NCBI GenBank assembly: GCA_039591655.1
Contig: JBDHDE010000002.1
Span: 39,995-103,994, forward strand
Origin: Gemmatimonadota bacterium
GTDB taxonomy: Bacteria > Gemmatimonadota > Gemmatimonadetes > Gemmatimonadales > GWC2-71-9
Direction of reading: 5' to 3'
Length of the DNA stretch: 64,000 nucleotides
The position numbers were made by a program, and so were the translations under genes. Below the pieces are notes generated by a model. The model ran no database searches. It was not told the DNA's origin and worked only from the letters and a program-made list of their open reading frames with translations. The number at the start of each line of letters is the position of its first letter. Position 1 is the first letter of the stretch. Below, in pieces: positions 1 through 8,775 of the stretch.

Positions 1-686
1 GACAGGTCCGATGCGAGGAAGAGCACCGCGTCGGCGATGTCCTCGGGCTGCCCGAGGCGCTGCAGCGGGATCTGGTCCTGCAGCGCCTTGCGGACGTCGT
101 CAGACAGCTTCTTCGTCATTTCCGTATCGATGAAGCCCGGGGCGACGGCATTGACCAGGACGCCTCGGGAGGCCAGCTCCCGGGCGATGGATTTGGTGAA
201 CCCGATCACCCCCGCCTTGGAAGCGGAGTAGTTCCCCTGGCCTGCGTTCCCCCGAATGCCCACGACGCTCGAGACGTTGATGATGCGACCCGCGCGTCGC
301 TTCGCCATGCCGCGGGCGACGTGCTTGGTGCAGTTGAACACGCCCTTGAGGTTGACCCGCAGAACCAAATCCCAGTCCTCTTCGGCCATCCGCATGAGGA
401 GCCCGTCGCGCGTGATCCCGGCATTGTTCACCAGGATGTCGATGGGGCCGAGGGCCCCCTCGACCTGACCGACGGCATCCTCGACCTGCGCCGGATCCGA
501 CACGTCACCGGCCACTCCGAACGTCCGTCCCTTGCCGGTGAGCGAAGCCGCGGCCTCCGGCGCGCCCTGGAGATCGCTGAGGCCCACGTGGGCGCCGGCT
601 TCGTACAGGCGCTGGGCCACGGCCAGTCCGATGCCGCGGGCCCCGCCGGTGACCAGAGCCACCTTGCCCGTGAGATCCAAAGTCAT
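1..686 (-). CDS. fabG: 3-oxoacyl-ACP reductase (partial, runs off window start)
   Basis: Manual translation from ATG at 686: MTLDLTGKVALVTGGARGIG...NNAGITRD...NYSASKAG...NAVAPGFIDT. Classical SDR motifs; ATGA overlap with fabD stop. Confidence 0.96.
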   Translation of the reverse strand, partial: MTLDLTGKVALVTGGARGIGLAVAQRLYEAGAHVGLSDLQGAPEAAASLTGKGRTFGVAGDVSDPAQVEDAVGQVEGALGPIDILVNNAGITRDGLLMRMAEEDWDLVLRVNLKGVFNCTKHVARGMAKRRAGRIINVSSVVGIRGNAGQGNYSASKAGVIGFTKSIARELASRGVLVNAVAPGFIDTEMTKKLSDDVRKALQDQIPLQRLGQPEDIADAVLFLASDL

Positions 687-1618
687 GCGTGCTGCTCCAA
701 GAAAGCGTTGACCTGTTCGGCCGTGCCGAGCGCCACCGAGCGGGTGCCCTTGGCGATCTTCCGCAGCAGGCCACTCAGCACGCCTCCCGGCCCGGCTTCC
801 ACGAACGTGGCTCCCTCGCCCGCGTCGGCCACAGCCCGCCGCATCGACTCCACCCAGAGCACCGGCGCCGTCAGCTGCTCCCCGAGTAGCCGCCGCGCCT
901 CGGTCGCGGTGCGGACCGGCTCCGCTGACGCGTTGGCAATGACCGGGAAAGCAGGGTCGGCGAAGGCGACCTGCCCCAGCTCGGACCGCAGCCCCTGGGC
1001 CGCCGGCTCCATGAGGGGCGAGTGGAACGCGCCGCTCACCTTGAGCGGCAGTACCCGCTTGGCTCCCGCCTCCTTGAGGGCTTTCCCTGCCCGTTCCACG
1101 GCATCGGGATCGCCGGAGATGACGCACTGGTCGGGGGCGTTGAGGTTCGCCGCCACCGCGACCTTGCCCTTCGTGCTCGCCGCCGCGCAGTGCTCGCCGA
1201 CCTTTGCCGCATCCAACCCGATCACCGCAGCCATGGTGCCGGGCCGCACCTGGCCGGCCTCGAACATCAGCTCGCCCCGGCGGCGCACCAACCGGGCCGC
1301 GTCGGTGAGCCCCAAAGCCCCGGCCGCGACGTAGGCGCTGTACTCACCCAGAGAATGCCCGGCGCCGGCCACCGGCCCCAGGGCGCCCCGGGCCACTGCC
1401 CAGGCAGCCAGCGAGTGGGCCAGGATCGCCGGTTGGGCGTTGTGGGTGAGGGTGAGCTCCTCCTCGGGACCCTCCCACATCAGCTTGGAGAGGGCGACCC
1501 CGAGGGCCTGATCCACGGCCTGGTAGACCTCACGAGCCTGCGGAAACGTCTCGGCCAGATCCTTCCCCATCCCCACCTTCTGCGCCCCCTGGCCGGGGCA
1601 CAGGAGCACCGCCCTCAC
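683..1618 (-). CDS. fabD: malonyl-CoA:ACP transacylase
   Basis: PGQGAQ, GHSLGEY, VSGAFHS motifs; start trimmed to GTG at 1618, overlapping fabH stop. Confidence 0.96.
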   Translation of the reverse strand: MRAVLLCPGQGAQKVGMGKDLAETFPQAREVYQAVDQALGVALSKLMWEGPEEELTLTHNAQPAILAHSLAAWAVARGALGPVAGAGHSLGEYSAYVAAGALGLTDAARLVRRRGELMFEAGQVRPGTMAAVIGLDAAKVGEHCAAASTKGKVAVAANLNAPDQCVISGDPDAVERAGKALKEAGAKRVLPLKVSGAFHSPLMEPAAQGLRSELGQVAFADPAFPVIANASAEPVRTATEARRLLGEQLTAPVLWVESMRRAVADAGEGATFVEAGPGGVLSGLLRKIAKGTRSVALGTAEQVNAFLEQHA

Positions 1619-2604
1619 CACCGAACCAGGACGCTCGCCCAGGTGAAGCCGCCGCCGAACGCCACGAAGAGCACCAGGGATCCCTCCTTGATGCGCCCGC
1701 TCCGCACGCACTCGTCCAACGCGATGGGGATGGAGGCAGCCGACGTGTTGCCGTAGCGGTCCACGTTCACGTAGACCTTGTCCATCGGGACGTGCGCATG
1801 CTTTGCCGTGGCTTCGATGATGCGGATGTTGGCCTGGTGCGGGATGAGGAGATCCACCTCCTCACCGCTCACCCCGGCTTGCTCCAACGCCCGGTCGCAC
1901 GCGTCGGCCATCGAGCGCACGGCGTTCTTGAACACTTCCCGCCCGGCCATCCTGATGAAGTAGCTGCCCTCGTCGAGCATCTGCTGGTCCGGCGGATGAT
2001 TACCCCCGCCGCCGGGGCGGTACAACAGCTCGCCCAACCTGCCGTCGGTCTTGAGGTACGTCGCGAGTATGCCGCGCTGGCCGTTCTCCGCAGGCTGCAC
2101 CAGTGTCGCACCGGCGCCATCGCCGAACAGCACGCACGTGGTACGGTCGGTGTAGTCGGCGATGGTGGAGAGCCGGTCGCCGCCCACGACCAGGACGTTC
2201 TGTGCAGTCCGGCTCGTGACCATGCCTTCGGCGACCGACAGGCCGTACAGGAACCCGCTGCAAGCGGCGGCGATGTCGAAGGCCGCCGCGTTGGTGGCCC
2301 CCAGCTCCTTCTGGATATCGCACGCCGTGGAAGGCAGGAAGCGGTCGGGGCTGGCCGTGCCCACCACGATGCCGTCCACATCGAGCGGCGTCAGGCCCGC
2401 CGTCTCCAGCACCTGTTCGCAGGCGGCGGATCCCATGTATGCCAGGGTCTCGTGCTTCTCGGCAATGCGCCGCTCGCGGATTCCGCTACGCTCCCTGATC
2501 CACTCGTCCGATGTGTCGAGGATGCGCTCGAAGTAGGCGTTGTCCAGGATCTTGTCCGGGGTGTACCGCCCCGTCCCCACGAGCTGGACGAAGGGCCGCT
2601 TCAC
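1615..2604 (-). CDS. fabH: 3-oxoacyl-ACP synthase III
   Basis: AACSGF (Cys), PHQAN (His), GNTSAAS (Asn), FGGGFTW. Confidence 0.97.
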   Translation of the reverse strand: MKRPFVQLVGTGRYTPDKILDNAYFERILDTSDEWIRERSGIRERRIAEKHETLAYMGSAACEQVLETAGLTPLDVDGIVVGTASPDRFLPSTACDIQKELGATNAAAFDIAAACSGFLYGLSVAEGMVTSRTAQNVLVVGGDRLSTIADYTDRTTCVLFGDGAGATLVQPAENGQRGILATYLKTDGRLGELLYRPGGGGNHPPDQQMLDEGSYFIRMAGREVFKNAVRSMADACDRALEQAGVSGEEVDLLIPHQANIRIIEATAKHAHVPMDKVYVNVDRYGNTSAASIPIALDECVRSGRIKEGSLVLFVAFGGGFTWASVLVRW

Positions 2605-3593
2605 GCTACCGCCCCGCCGCCGGCCATCTCCGCGGCGATGTGCTGGCTGAGATGCGCCTTCACGGCGTGCACCGCGACGCCGATGGCGTTCTTGATGGCC
2701 CGGGCCGGTGACTGGCCGTGGCAGATGATGGCGACGCCGCGCACGCCCAGCAGCGGCGCTCCGCCGTACTCGGCATAGTCGAGAACTTTAAACACTCGCT
2801 GCATACCCTCGCCTTGCAGGACCTCTTGCTCCACTTCCCGCTTCAGGAACTCCTCGAACAGGTGGGCGATCGTCTCCGAGAACTTGAGCAGGACGTTCCC
2901 CACAAAGCCGTCGCACACGACGACGTCGACCTGGCCGCTCAGGATGTCGCGGCCCTCCACGTTGCCCACAAAACTGAATCCCGCTGCCTCCCTCACCAGC
3001 TCGAAGGCGGCGCGCACCGCTTCGTTGCCCTTGTCCTCCTCCTCACCGATGTTGAGCAACCCGACCGATGGGTTCCCGCGGTCCAGCACGTCTCGGGCGT
3101 ACACCGCCCCGATGTGGGCGAAGCCCAGGAGCTCGCGCGGCGTGCAGTCTACGTTGGCGCCCGCGTCCAGCACGAGAGTCGGTTGGCCGCGGGAGGGCAG
3201 GACCGCTCCGATCGCCGGCCGCTCCACTCCAGCGTGCAGCCCCAGTAGCAGCGTGCTGCCCGCCATGATGGCGCCGGTGTTACCGGCTGAGATGAACGCA
3301 TCGGCCTCCCCAGCCTTCTGCAATTCCAGCCCGACTCGAATTGATGACTTCCGCTTCGACCGGATGGCGGCCAGCGGCTTGTCGCCCATCTCGATGACCT
3401 CAGGCGCATCCACCACGCGAAGGCGGTCGGGGGGCGCGTCGTGGGAGGCGAGCGCCGCCTCCACCTCCGCCTTTCGACCCACCAGTTGGATCTCGCAGGA
3501 CTCGGGAAGCTGCTGCAGGGCCTCCACCGCCCCCGCCACCGGGACGTGCGGGGCGAAGTCCCCTCCCATGGCGTCCAACGCGATCCGGATCAC
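2601..3593 (-). CDS. plsX: phosphate acyltransferase PlsX
   Basis: IALDAMGGD, SAGNTGA, DAGAN, CDGFVGNV, YGGAPLLG; start trimmed to GTG 3593. Confidence 0.96.
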   Translation of the reverse strand: MIRIALDAMGGDFAPHVPVAGAVEALQQLPESCEIQLVGRKAEVEAALASHDAPPDRLRVVDAPEVIEMGDKPLAAIRSKRKSSIRVGLELQKAGEADAFISAGNTGAIMAGSTLLLGLHAGVERPAIGAVLPSRGQPTLVLDAGANVDCTPRELLGFAHIGAVYARDVLDRGNPSVGLLNIGEEEDKGNEAVRAAFELVREAAGFSFVGNVEGRDILSGQVDVVVCDGFVGNVLLKFSETIAHLFEEFLKREVEQEVLQGEGMQRVFKVLDYAEYGGAPLLGVRGVAIICHGQSPARAIKNAIGVAVHAVKAHLSQHIAAEMAGGGAVA

Positions 3594-3595
3594 GC

Positions 3596-3778
3596 TCAGG
3601 CCTCCTCGACCTCGATGCGCCTTTCCTCTCCGTAGTACCCGCAGCTCGGGCACACCCGGTGCGGACGCCGGGGATCGCCGCAGCGGGGGCATGGCTGGAT
3701 GGCCGCTGTCGGCGCCTTGTGATGCGTGCGGCGCTTCCGCTTACGGCTCTTCGAAGTTCGACGCTTGGGAACTGCCAT
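3596..3778 (-). CDS. rpmF: 50S ribosomal protein L32 (Zn-binding type)
   Basis: [15 protein letters not shown]...[10 protein letters not shown]. Confidence 0.98.
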   Translation of the reverse strand: MAVPKRRTSKSRKRKRRTHHKAPTAAIQPCPRCGDPRRPHRVCPSCGYYGEERRIEVEEA

Positions 3779-3780
3779 GG

Positions 3781-4296
3781 CTACCTCTCCTCATCGGGCC
3801 GTTGCTGCTTCAGCGCCTCCAGCTTCGCCCAGCGTGGATCGGGCTCGGGGCTACAGGAGCACGGGCCCTCGTTCAAGTCGTTGCCGCACTGCGGGCACAA
3901 CCCGCGGCAATCCTCCCGGCAGAGCACGTACGGCGGCACCGCCAGGATCAGCTCTTCGCGCACCATCTCGCCGAGCTCCAGCTCGGTGGCCTGGGGCGGC
4001 ACCGGGTAGGCTGCCGCGTCGTCGGCCCCGGCCTCTTCCGTGAAGAGCACCCGGAGCTCCGGTGCCACCTCCACGGAGACGTCGGCCAGACAGCGGCGGC
4101 AGCTGGCCGCCACCCGCGTACTCAGGGTCCCGTGCCAGTAGTAGCGCCCGGGACCACTCTCCATGAGCCGCCCGCGGATCCTCACGGAATCCGCGAGGAC
4201 GAACTCCGCATCAGCGAGAAGTGGGTCGTCCGCTGCCACGACCCCTTGGGTCTCGATGGGGCCTTCGTCGAGCGCGCGCAAATCAACGCGCAACAT
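3781..4296 (-). CDS. yceD: YceD/DUF177 family protein
   Basis: [26 protein letters not shown]; canonical position upstream of rpmF. Confidence 0.93.
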   Translation of the reverse strand: MLRVDLRALDEGPIETQGVVAADDPLLADAEFVLADSVRIRGRLMESGPGRYYWHGTLSTRVAASCRRCLADVSVEVAPELRVLFTEEAGADDAAAYPVPPQATELELGEMVREELILAVPPYVLCREDCRGLCPQCGNDLNEGPCSCSPEPDPRWAKLEALKQQRPDEER

Positions 4297-4304
4297 AGCC
4301 GTTA

Positions 4305-4333
4305 AACCTATCCGAGGCCTATAGTTGCGTCAA
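4305..4333 (-). promoter_or_regulatory. sigma70-type promoter of yceD-rpmF-plsX-fab, probably leaderless
   Basis: TTGACG-N17-TAGGTT, then only 8 nt to the ATG; no Shine-Dalgarno. Confidence 0.7.
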
Positions 4334-4764
4334 CGCGCGCCGCTTCCCCAGAGGTTCCGGAGCTCGGCCTCCGGAAAGAAGAAGCCAATCTCCCGCGCAG
4401 CGTTCTCCTGCGAGTCGGACGCGTGGATGGCGTTGCGCTCCTTGTTCTCCGCGTAGAGCTGCCGGACGGTGCCTGCCGCGGCCTCCGCGGGGTCGGTCGC
4501 GCCGATCACGGTGCGGAGGTGGGCGACTGCGTCGTCCCGCTCCAGCACCATCGGCAGGCAGGGCCCGGACGTCATGAACCGGACCAGGGCGCCGTAGAAC
4601 GGCCGCTCCCGATGCACCTCGTAAAACGCCTCCGCCTCGGACTGGGAGAGCCTCACCAGCCTGGCAGCCCGGACCGTGAACCCCGCCTCCTCGAGATGGG
4701 CCAGGATCTTGCCGGCGGTGCCGACATCCAGGGCATCCGGCTTGATGATCGCGAGTGTCTGCAT
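4330..4764 (-). CDS. ndk: nucleoside diphosphate kinase
   Basis: TLAIIKPDA, FYEVHRERPF, GATDP, NAIHASDS (phospho-His); start trimmed to ATG 4764. Confidence 0.96.
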   Translation of the reverse strand: MQTLAIIKPDALDVGTAGKILAHLEEAGFTVRAARLVRLSQSEAEAFYEVHRERPFYGALVRFMTSGPCLPMVLERDDAVAHLRTVIGATDPAEAAAGTVRQLYAENKERNAIHASDSQENAAREIGFFFPEAELRNLWGSGAR

Positions 4765-4793
4765 GTACGACGTGTGGTTGATGGTTGGCGGCC

Positions 4794-4802
4794 AATATAC
4801 CA
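4794..4802 (-). promoter_or_regulatory. possible extended -10 promoter of ndk
   Basis: TGG-TATATT (TGnTAnnnT) about 30 nt upstream of the ndk ATG. Confidence 0.45.
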
Positions 4803-4862
4803 CGGCCCGCAAGTCCGGTACGCGGCGCCCACCGCGGCGTGCGACCGCTCAGCGCCCCCCGC

Positions 4863-5765
4863 CTAGCGTCCCATGAGACGCCGCACTATGTCGCCCCGTG
4901 TCAGGAAACCCACGAGCGCTCCCTCTCGCACCACGGGAAACCGCTCGATGTTGCGGTTGAGCATCATCGTGGCGACTTCGGCCACCGTCTGATCCTCCGA
5001 AACGCAGAGGACGCTGCGGTCCATGACGTCCCGCACCGGCATGGTGTGTGGGTCGACGCCGGCGCCCGCCCCCCGGGGCATGGCACGGAACTCCCCGCTG
5101 CTGAGGCGCTTCACGTACAGCGGCAGGAGGTAGCGCAGCAGCTCACGGTGCGTGATGACCCCCAACACCTCGCCCGTCTCCGACACCACCGGCAAGGCCG
5201 CTACATCGTGGGCCACCATTAGGCGCGACGCCTCCCCCAGGGGAGTATCGGGCCGGACCGAGAGCCGTCTACGCATCATCACGTCACGCACCGTCAGGTG
5301 CCCCGGCAGCGTCAGGTCGGCCAGCGGCGCCGCCTGGAGCACGTCCTCGGGGCGCTCGGCGGAGAGAATGGCGTCGATCACCTCCTGACGGCTCAGGGCC
5401 CGCGCGAAGGCACTGATGGCCTGGAGGTGCGCCGAGCTCTCCCGCGGCGGCGCGGCGATGAGGATCACGACCCGCGCCTCCTTCGGCTCTCCATCCCCGG
5501 AGTGCTTGATCGGCCGGGCCGCCACCCCGAGGGCGGCGGCCAGCTTCTTCACCGCATCCGTGCGGTAGTGCAGCAGGAACGCCTGCCCGACCGGGACGAT
5601 CTCCTTGGGCAGCGCGCCGCGGACCATCTCGTGAAGCTTGTCCGGTTCCGCGACGACGCCCGCGTCGATCAGCGCGTCGGTGAGCCGGGACGCGGCCTCC
5701 CGCACCTTGGCGGTCTCCAGCGGCACCACAACACGGTCCCGGTCCAACAGCTCAATCAGTTTCAT
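4863..5765 (-). CDS. PTS EIIA(Ntr/Fru-type) domain fused to a CBS-domain pair
   Basis: N-terminus MKLIELLDRDRVVVPL...LLHYRTD...VILIAAPP..SAHLQAISAFARAL (EIIA_2 pattern); C-terminus VRDVM...LPVV...GVITHRELL and VRDVM...FPVV...GFLTRGDIV (two CBS). Confidence 0.82.
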   Translation of the reverse strand: MKLIELLDRDRVVVPLETAKVREAASRLTDALIDAGVVAEPDKLHEMVRGALPKEIVPVGQAFLLHYRTDAVKKLAAALGVAARPIKHSGDGEPKEARVVILIAAPPRESSAHLQAISAFARALSRQEVIDAILSAERPEDVLQAAPLADLTLPGHLTVRDVMMRRRLSVRPDTPLGEASRLMVAHDVAALPVVSETGEVLGVITHRELLRYLLPLYVKRLSSGEFRAMPRGAGAGVDPHTMPVRDVMDRSVLCVSEDQTVAEVATMMLNRNIERFPVVREGALVGFLTRGDIVRRLMGR

Positions 5766-5769
5766 GGCG

Positions 5770-6642
5770 CTAGACCCGTTCTTGCTTGAGCAGCGAGACG
5801 ACCTCGGCCGGCCGATCCATCACGCCGATACCGGCCCGCTCGAAGGCCGCGATCTTCTCCTCGGCGGTGCCCGCCGAGCCGGAAATGATGGCTCCGGCAT
5901 GCCCCATGCGCCGGCCGGGCGGTGCCGTCCGGCCGGCAATGAAGCCTACGACGGGCTTCTTGACGTGCTGCGACACGTACTCGGCGGCCTGCTGCTCGTC
6001 GGTGCCTCCGATCTCGCCGATCACGACGATGGCCTCCGTTTCCGGATCCGCCTGGAATCCCTCGAGGCAGTCGATGAAGTTGGTGCCGATGATCGGGTCT
6101 CCCCCGATGCCGATGCAGGTAGTCTGCCCCAGGCCGTTCTGCGTGAGGTGGTGGATCACCTCGTAGGTGAGGGTACCGCTGCGGGAGACGACCCCCACCA
6201 CCCCCTGCCGGCAGATCTGACCCGGAATGATACCGACCTTCGACTTCCCGGGTGAGATGACGCCGGGGCAGTTGGGACCGATCAGCCGCGCTCCGCGCTC
6301 CCGGAGGAACGGCATGACGCGAGTCATGTCGAGGACCGGCAGCCCCTCGGTAATACACACGATCAACTCGATACCGGCGTCCGCCGCCTCGAAGACGGCG
6401 TCGGGCGCGAACCGGTCGGGCACGTACACTACGGACGCGTTGGCACCGGTCTGCGCCACCGCGTCGTGCACCGTATTGAACACGGGCACCTGATCGTCGA
6501 ACCGCTGTCCACCCTTCCCGGGGGTCACGCCGGCAACTACTCGCGTGCCGTACTCCATCATCTGGCGCGTGTGGAACGAGCCGTCCCGCCCCGTGATGCC
6601 CTGCACTACCAGCTTAGTGTTCTCGTCGATGAAGATGCTCAC
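5770..6642 (-). CDS. sucD: succinyl-CoA synthetase alpha subunit
   Basis: [36 protein letters not shown]. Confidence 0.98.
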   Translation of the reverse strand: MSIFIDENTKLVVQGITGRDGSFHTRQMMEYGTRVVAGVTPGKGGQRFDDQVPVFNTVHDAVAQTGANASVVYVPDRFAPDAVFEAADAGIELIVCITEGLPVLDMTRVMPFLRERGARLIGPNCPGVISPGKSKVGIIPGQICRQGVVGVVSRSGTLTYEVIHHLTQNGLGQTTCIGIGGDPIIGTNFIDCLEGFQADPETEAIVVIGEIGGTDEQQAAEYVSQHVKKPVVGFIAGRTAPPGRRMGHAGAIISGSAGTAEEKIAAFERAGIGVMDRPAEVVSLLKQERV

Positions 6643-7778
6643 GCCGCCTCCCGCGCCAGTTTCACCGCCTGCTGCACCGCCTCATCCATGTCGGTGAGCG
6701 CCTCGAAGCCTGCCTCCTTCAGGATGTCGACCGCCAGATCCTCGTTCGTGCCCGTAAGGCGAATCACCATGGGACGGTCGAGCCGCACCTGCTTCGTCCC
6801 CTCCACGATGCCGTTCGCAACGTCATCGCACCGCGTGATGCCGCCGAAGATGTTGAATAGAATGCTCTTCGCACTGCGATCGCTGGAGATGATCCTGAGA
6901 GCCGTCACGACCTTCTCCGGGCTGCTGCTGCCCCCGATGTCCAGGAAGTTGGCGGGTTCGCCACCGTAGTACTTCACCAGGTCCATCGTCGCCATCGCCA
7001 GCCCGGCGCCATTCACACAGCATCCCACGTCTCCGTCGAGCTTGATGTAGGAGAGGCCCGCGTCCCGGGCTTCCACCTCGTACGGGTCCTCGGCGGTGAG
7101 ATCGCGCAATCCCGCGATGGTGGGACGGCGCTCCAGCTCGTTGTCGTCCACGACCAGCTTGGCGTCGAGCGCCACCACCGCGCCATCCGGCGTGGTGATG
7201 AGCGGATTGATCTCGGCCAGCGAGCCCCCGGCATCGGCAAAGGCCCGGAACAGCTGCTGCATGATCTTCGCGGCCTGGCGAACCTGCCCGACGTCGTCGT
7301 ACAGCTTGAACGCCAGCTCCATCGCCTGATGCGGCAGCAGCCCGTACCGCGGATCGACGGGCGCCTTGAAGATCTTCTCCGGCGTCTTCGCCGCCACCTC
7401 CTCGATGTCCACACCGCCAGCCGGGCTCACCATCATCACGGGCCTTTGGGAAGCCCGGTCGACGATGACGCCCACGTAGCTCTCCGAGGCGATCTCGCAA
7501 GCCGGTACCACGAGCACCTTCTCCACCGTCAGACCCTTGATCTGCATCCCTAGGATCTCACCCGCGTGCCGCTTCGCCTCGGCAGGGGTCTTCGCGAGCT
7601 TCACACCTCCGGCCTTTCCTCGTCCGCCCGCGTGCACCTGCGCCTTCACGACCACCGCTCCGCCCATGCGGCTCGCAATCGCCTCCACCTCGTCCGGCGT
7701 CCGCCCCACTTCGCCGTCGGGCACCGGAATGCCCGCAGCCTTCAGCAGTGCGCGCGCTTGATACTCGTGAAGATTCAC
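6639..7778 (-). CDS. sucC: succinyl-CoA synthetase beta subunit
   Basis: [48 protein letters not shown]; start trimmed to GTG 7778. Confidence 0.98.
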   Translation of the reverse strand: MNLHEYQARALLKAAGIPVPDGEVGRTPDEVEAIASRMGGAVVVKAQVHAGGRGKAGGVKLAKTPAEAKRHAGEILGMQIKGLTVEKVLVVPACEIASESYVGVIVDRASQRPVMMVSPAGGVDIEEVAAKTPEKIFKAPVDPRYGLLPHQAMELAFKLYDDVGQVRQAAKIMQQLFRAFADAGGSLAEINPLITTPDGAVVALDAKLVVDDNELERRPTIAGLRDLTAEDPYEVEARDAGLSYIKLDGDVGCCVNGAGLAMATMDLVKYYGGEPANFLDIGGSSSPEKVVTALRIISSDRSAKSILFNIFGGITRCDDVANGIVEGTKQVRLDRPMVIRLTGTNEDLAVDILKEAGFEALTDMDEAVQQAVKLAREAA

Positions 7779-8731
7779 GCTGGATCTCCTGTAATCGTCG
7801 TTCCCGTCTCGCCACGGATGGCCGCGAGCCCGTCCGCCAGGTGTGCGATGATCGCGCGACTGCCCCCTCCACGCAGGAACGCCACCGATGCCTCGATCTT
7901 GGGCCGCATGCTCCCGACACCCAGCTCCCCACCGGCGAGCAGCTCTTCCGCCTCCCCCAGGGAAACATGGCGCAGCGGCTCGCCCTGCGGTGTGCCCCAC
8001 CCGCGATAGACCGCGTCAACATCCGTGAGAATCAACAACGTATCGGCACCGAGGCGGCCGGCCAGAATGGCCGCCACCCGGTCCTTGTCCACCACCGCGT
8101 CGACACCTTCCCAATAGAGTTGCTCATCGAAGTAAACCGGGGCGCCGCCGCCCCCGGCAGCAATCACGATCTTGCCCTCCTTCACAAGCTGCCGCACGGC
8201 GTCCGCCTCCACGACATCCGTCGGCTCCGGACTCGGGGCCAGGCGCCGCCAGTACCCGGCGCCGTCCTGCCCCACCGTCACCCCGCGTCCACGCAGGCGC
8301 TCCACCGTGCCCGGGCTAAGGGCATGCCCCACCGGCTTAGTGGGCCGATCGAACCCCCCTGTGGAGCGGTCCAGGGCCGTCTGGGTGATGACCGAGAGCA
8401 CGTCCCGCCGGACGCCCGCTTTGAGCAGGGCGTTCTGCAGCGACTGCTGGATCATATAGCCGATCCACCCGGCCGTGGCCGCCACCAACACCCCCAGAGG
8501 CAGGGGAGCCACGCGGTCGTGCGCCAGCTCGTTCCGTTCCAGCTCGTCCCCAACCTGCGGCCCGTTACCGTGCACGATGGCAATGTGCCACCCCTCCCGA
8601 GCGAGTGAGACCACCGCATTGAGGGATGCGCGCGTGTGCCGAAACTGGTCGTGGATGGTCGCCCGCTCACCGGGGGGTGCCAGCGCGTTCCCGCCGAGGG
8701 CGACGACAATGGTGCCGGGCGAAGCAGTCAC
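7775..8731 (-). CDS. arcC: carbamate kinase
   Basis: VVALGGNAL, HGNGPQVG, PTKPVG, GGGGAPV, AVVDKD, LTDVDAV, GSMRPKIEA. Confidence 0.92.
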   Translation of the reverse strand: MTASPGTIVVALGGNALAPPGERATIHDQFRHTRASLNAVVSLAREGWHIAIVHGNGPQVGDELERNELAHDRVAPLPLGVLVAATAGWIGYMIQQSLQNALLKAGVRRDVLSVITQTALDRSTGGFDRPTKPVGHALSPGTVERLRGRGVTVGQDGAGYWRRLAPSPEPTDVVEADAVRQLVKEGKIVIAAGGGGAPVYFDEQLYWEGVDAVVDKDRVAAILAGRLGADTLLILTDVDAVYRGWGTPQGEPLRHVSLGEAEELLAGGELGVGSMRPKIEASVAFLRGGGSRAIIAHLADGLAAIRGETGTTITGDPA

Positions 8732-8740
8732 GGGACGTGC

Positions 8741-8769
8741 AAGCTACTCTGCGCCATGATGGCCAGCAA
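8741..8769 (-). promoter_or_regulatory. sigma70-type promoter of arcC-sucCD, probably leaderless
   Basis: TTGCTG-N17-TAGCTT, 9 nt before the GTG start; no SD. Confidence 0.6.
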
Positions 8770-8775
8770 CCCGAC

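Noticed and set aside
4765-4795. Out-of-frame TTG GCC GCC AAC upstream of ndk, suggesting a frameshifted N-terminus
   Set aside because: In-frame ATG 4764 gives a complete NDK, so no frameshift is needed
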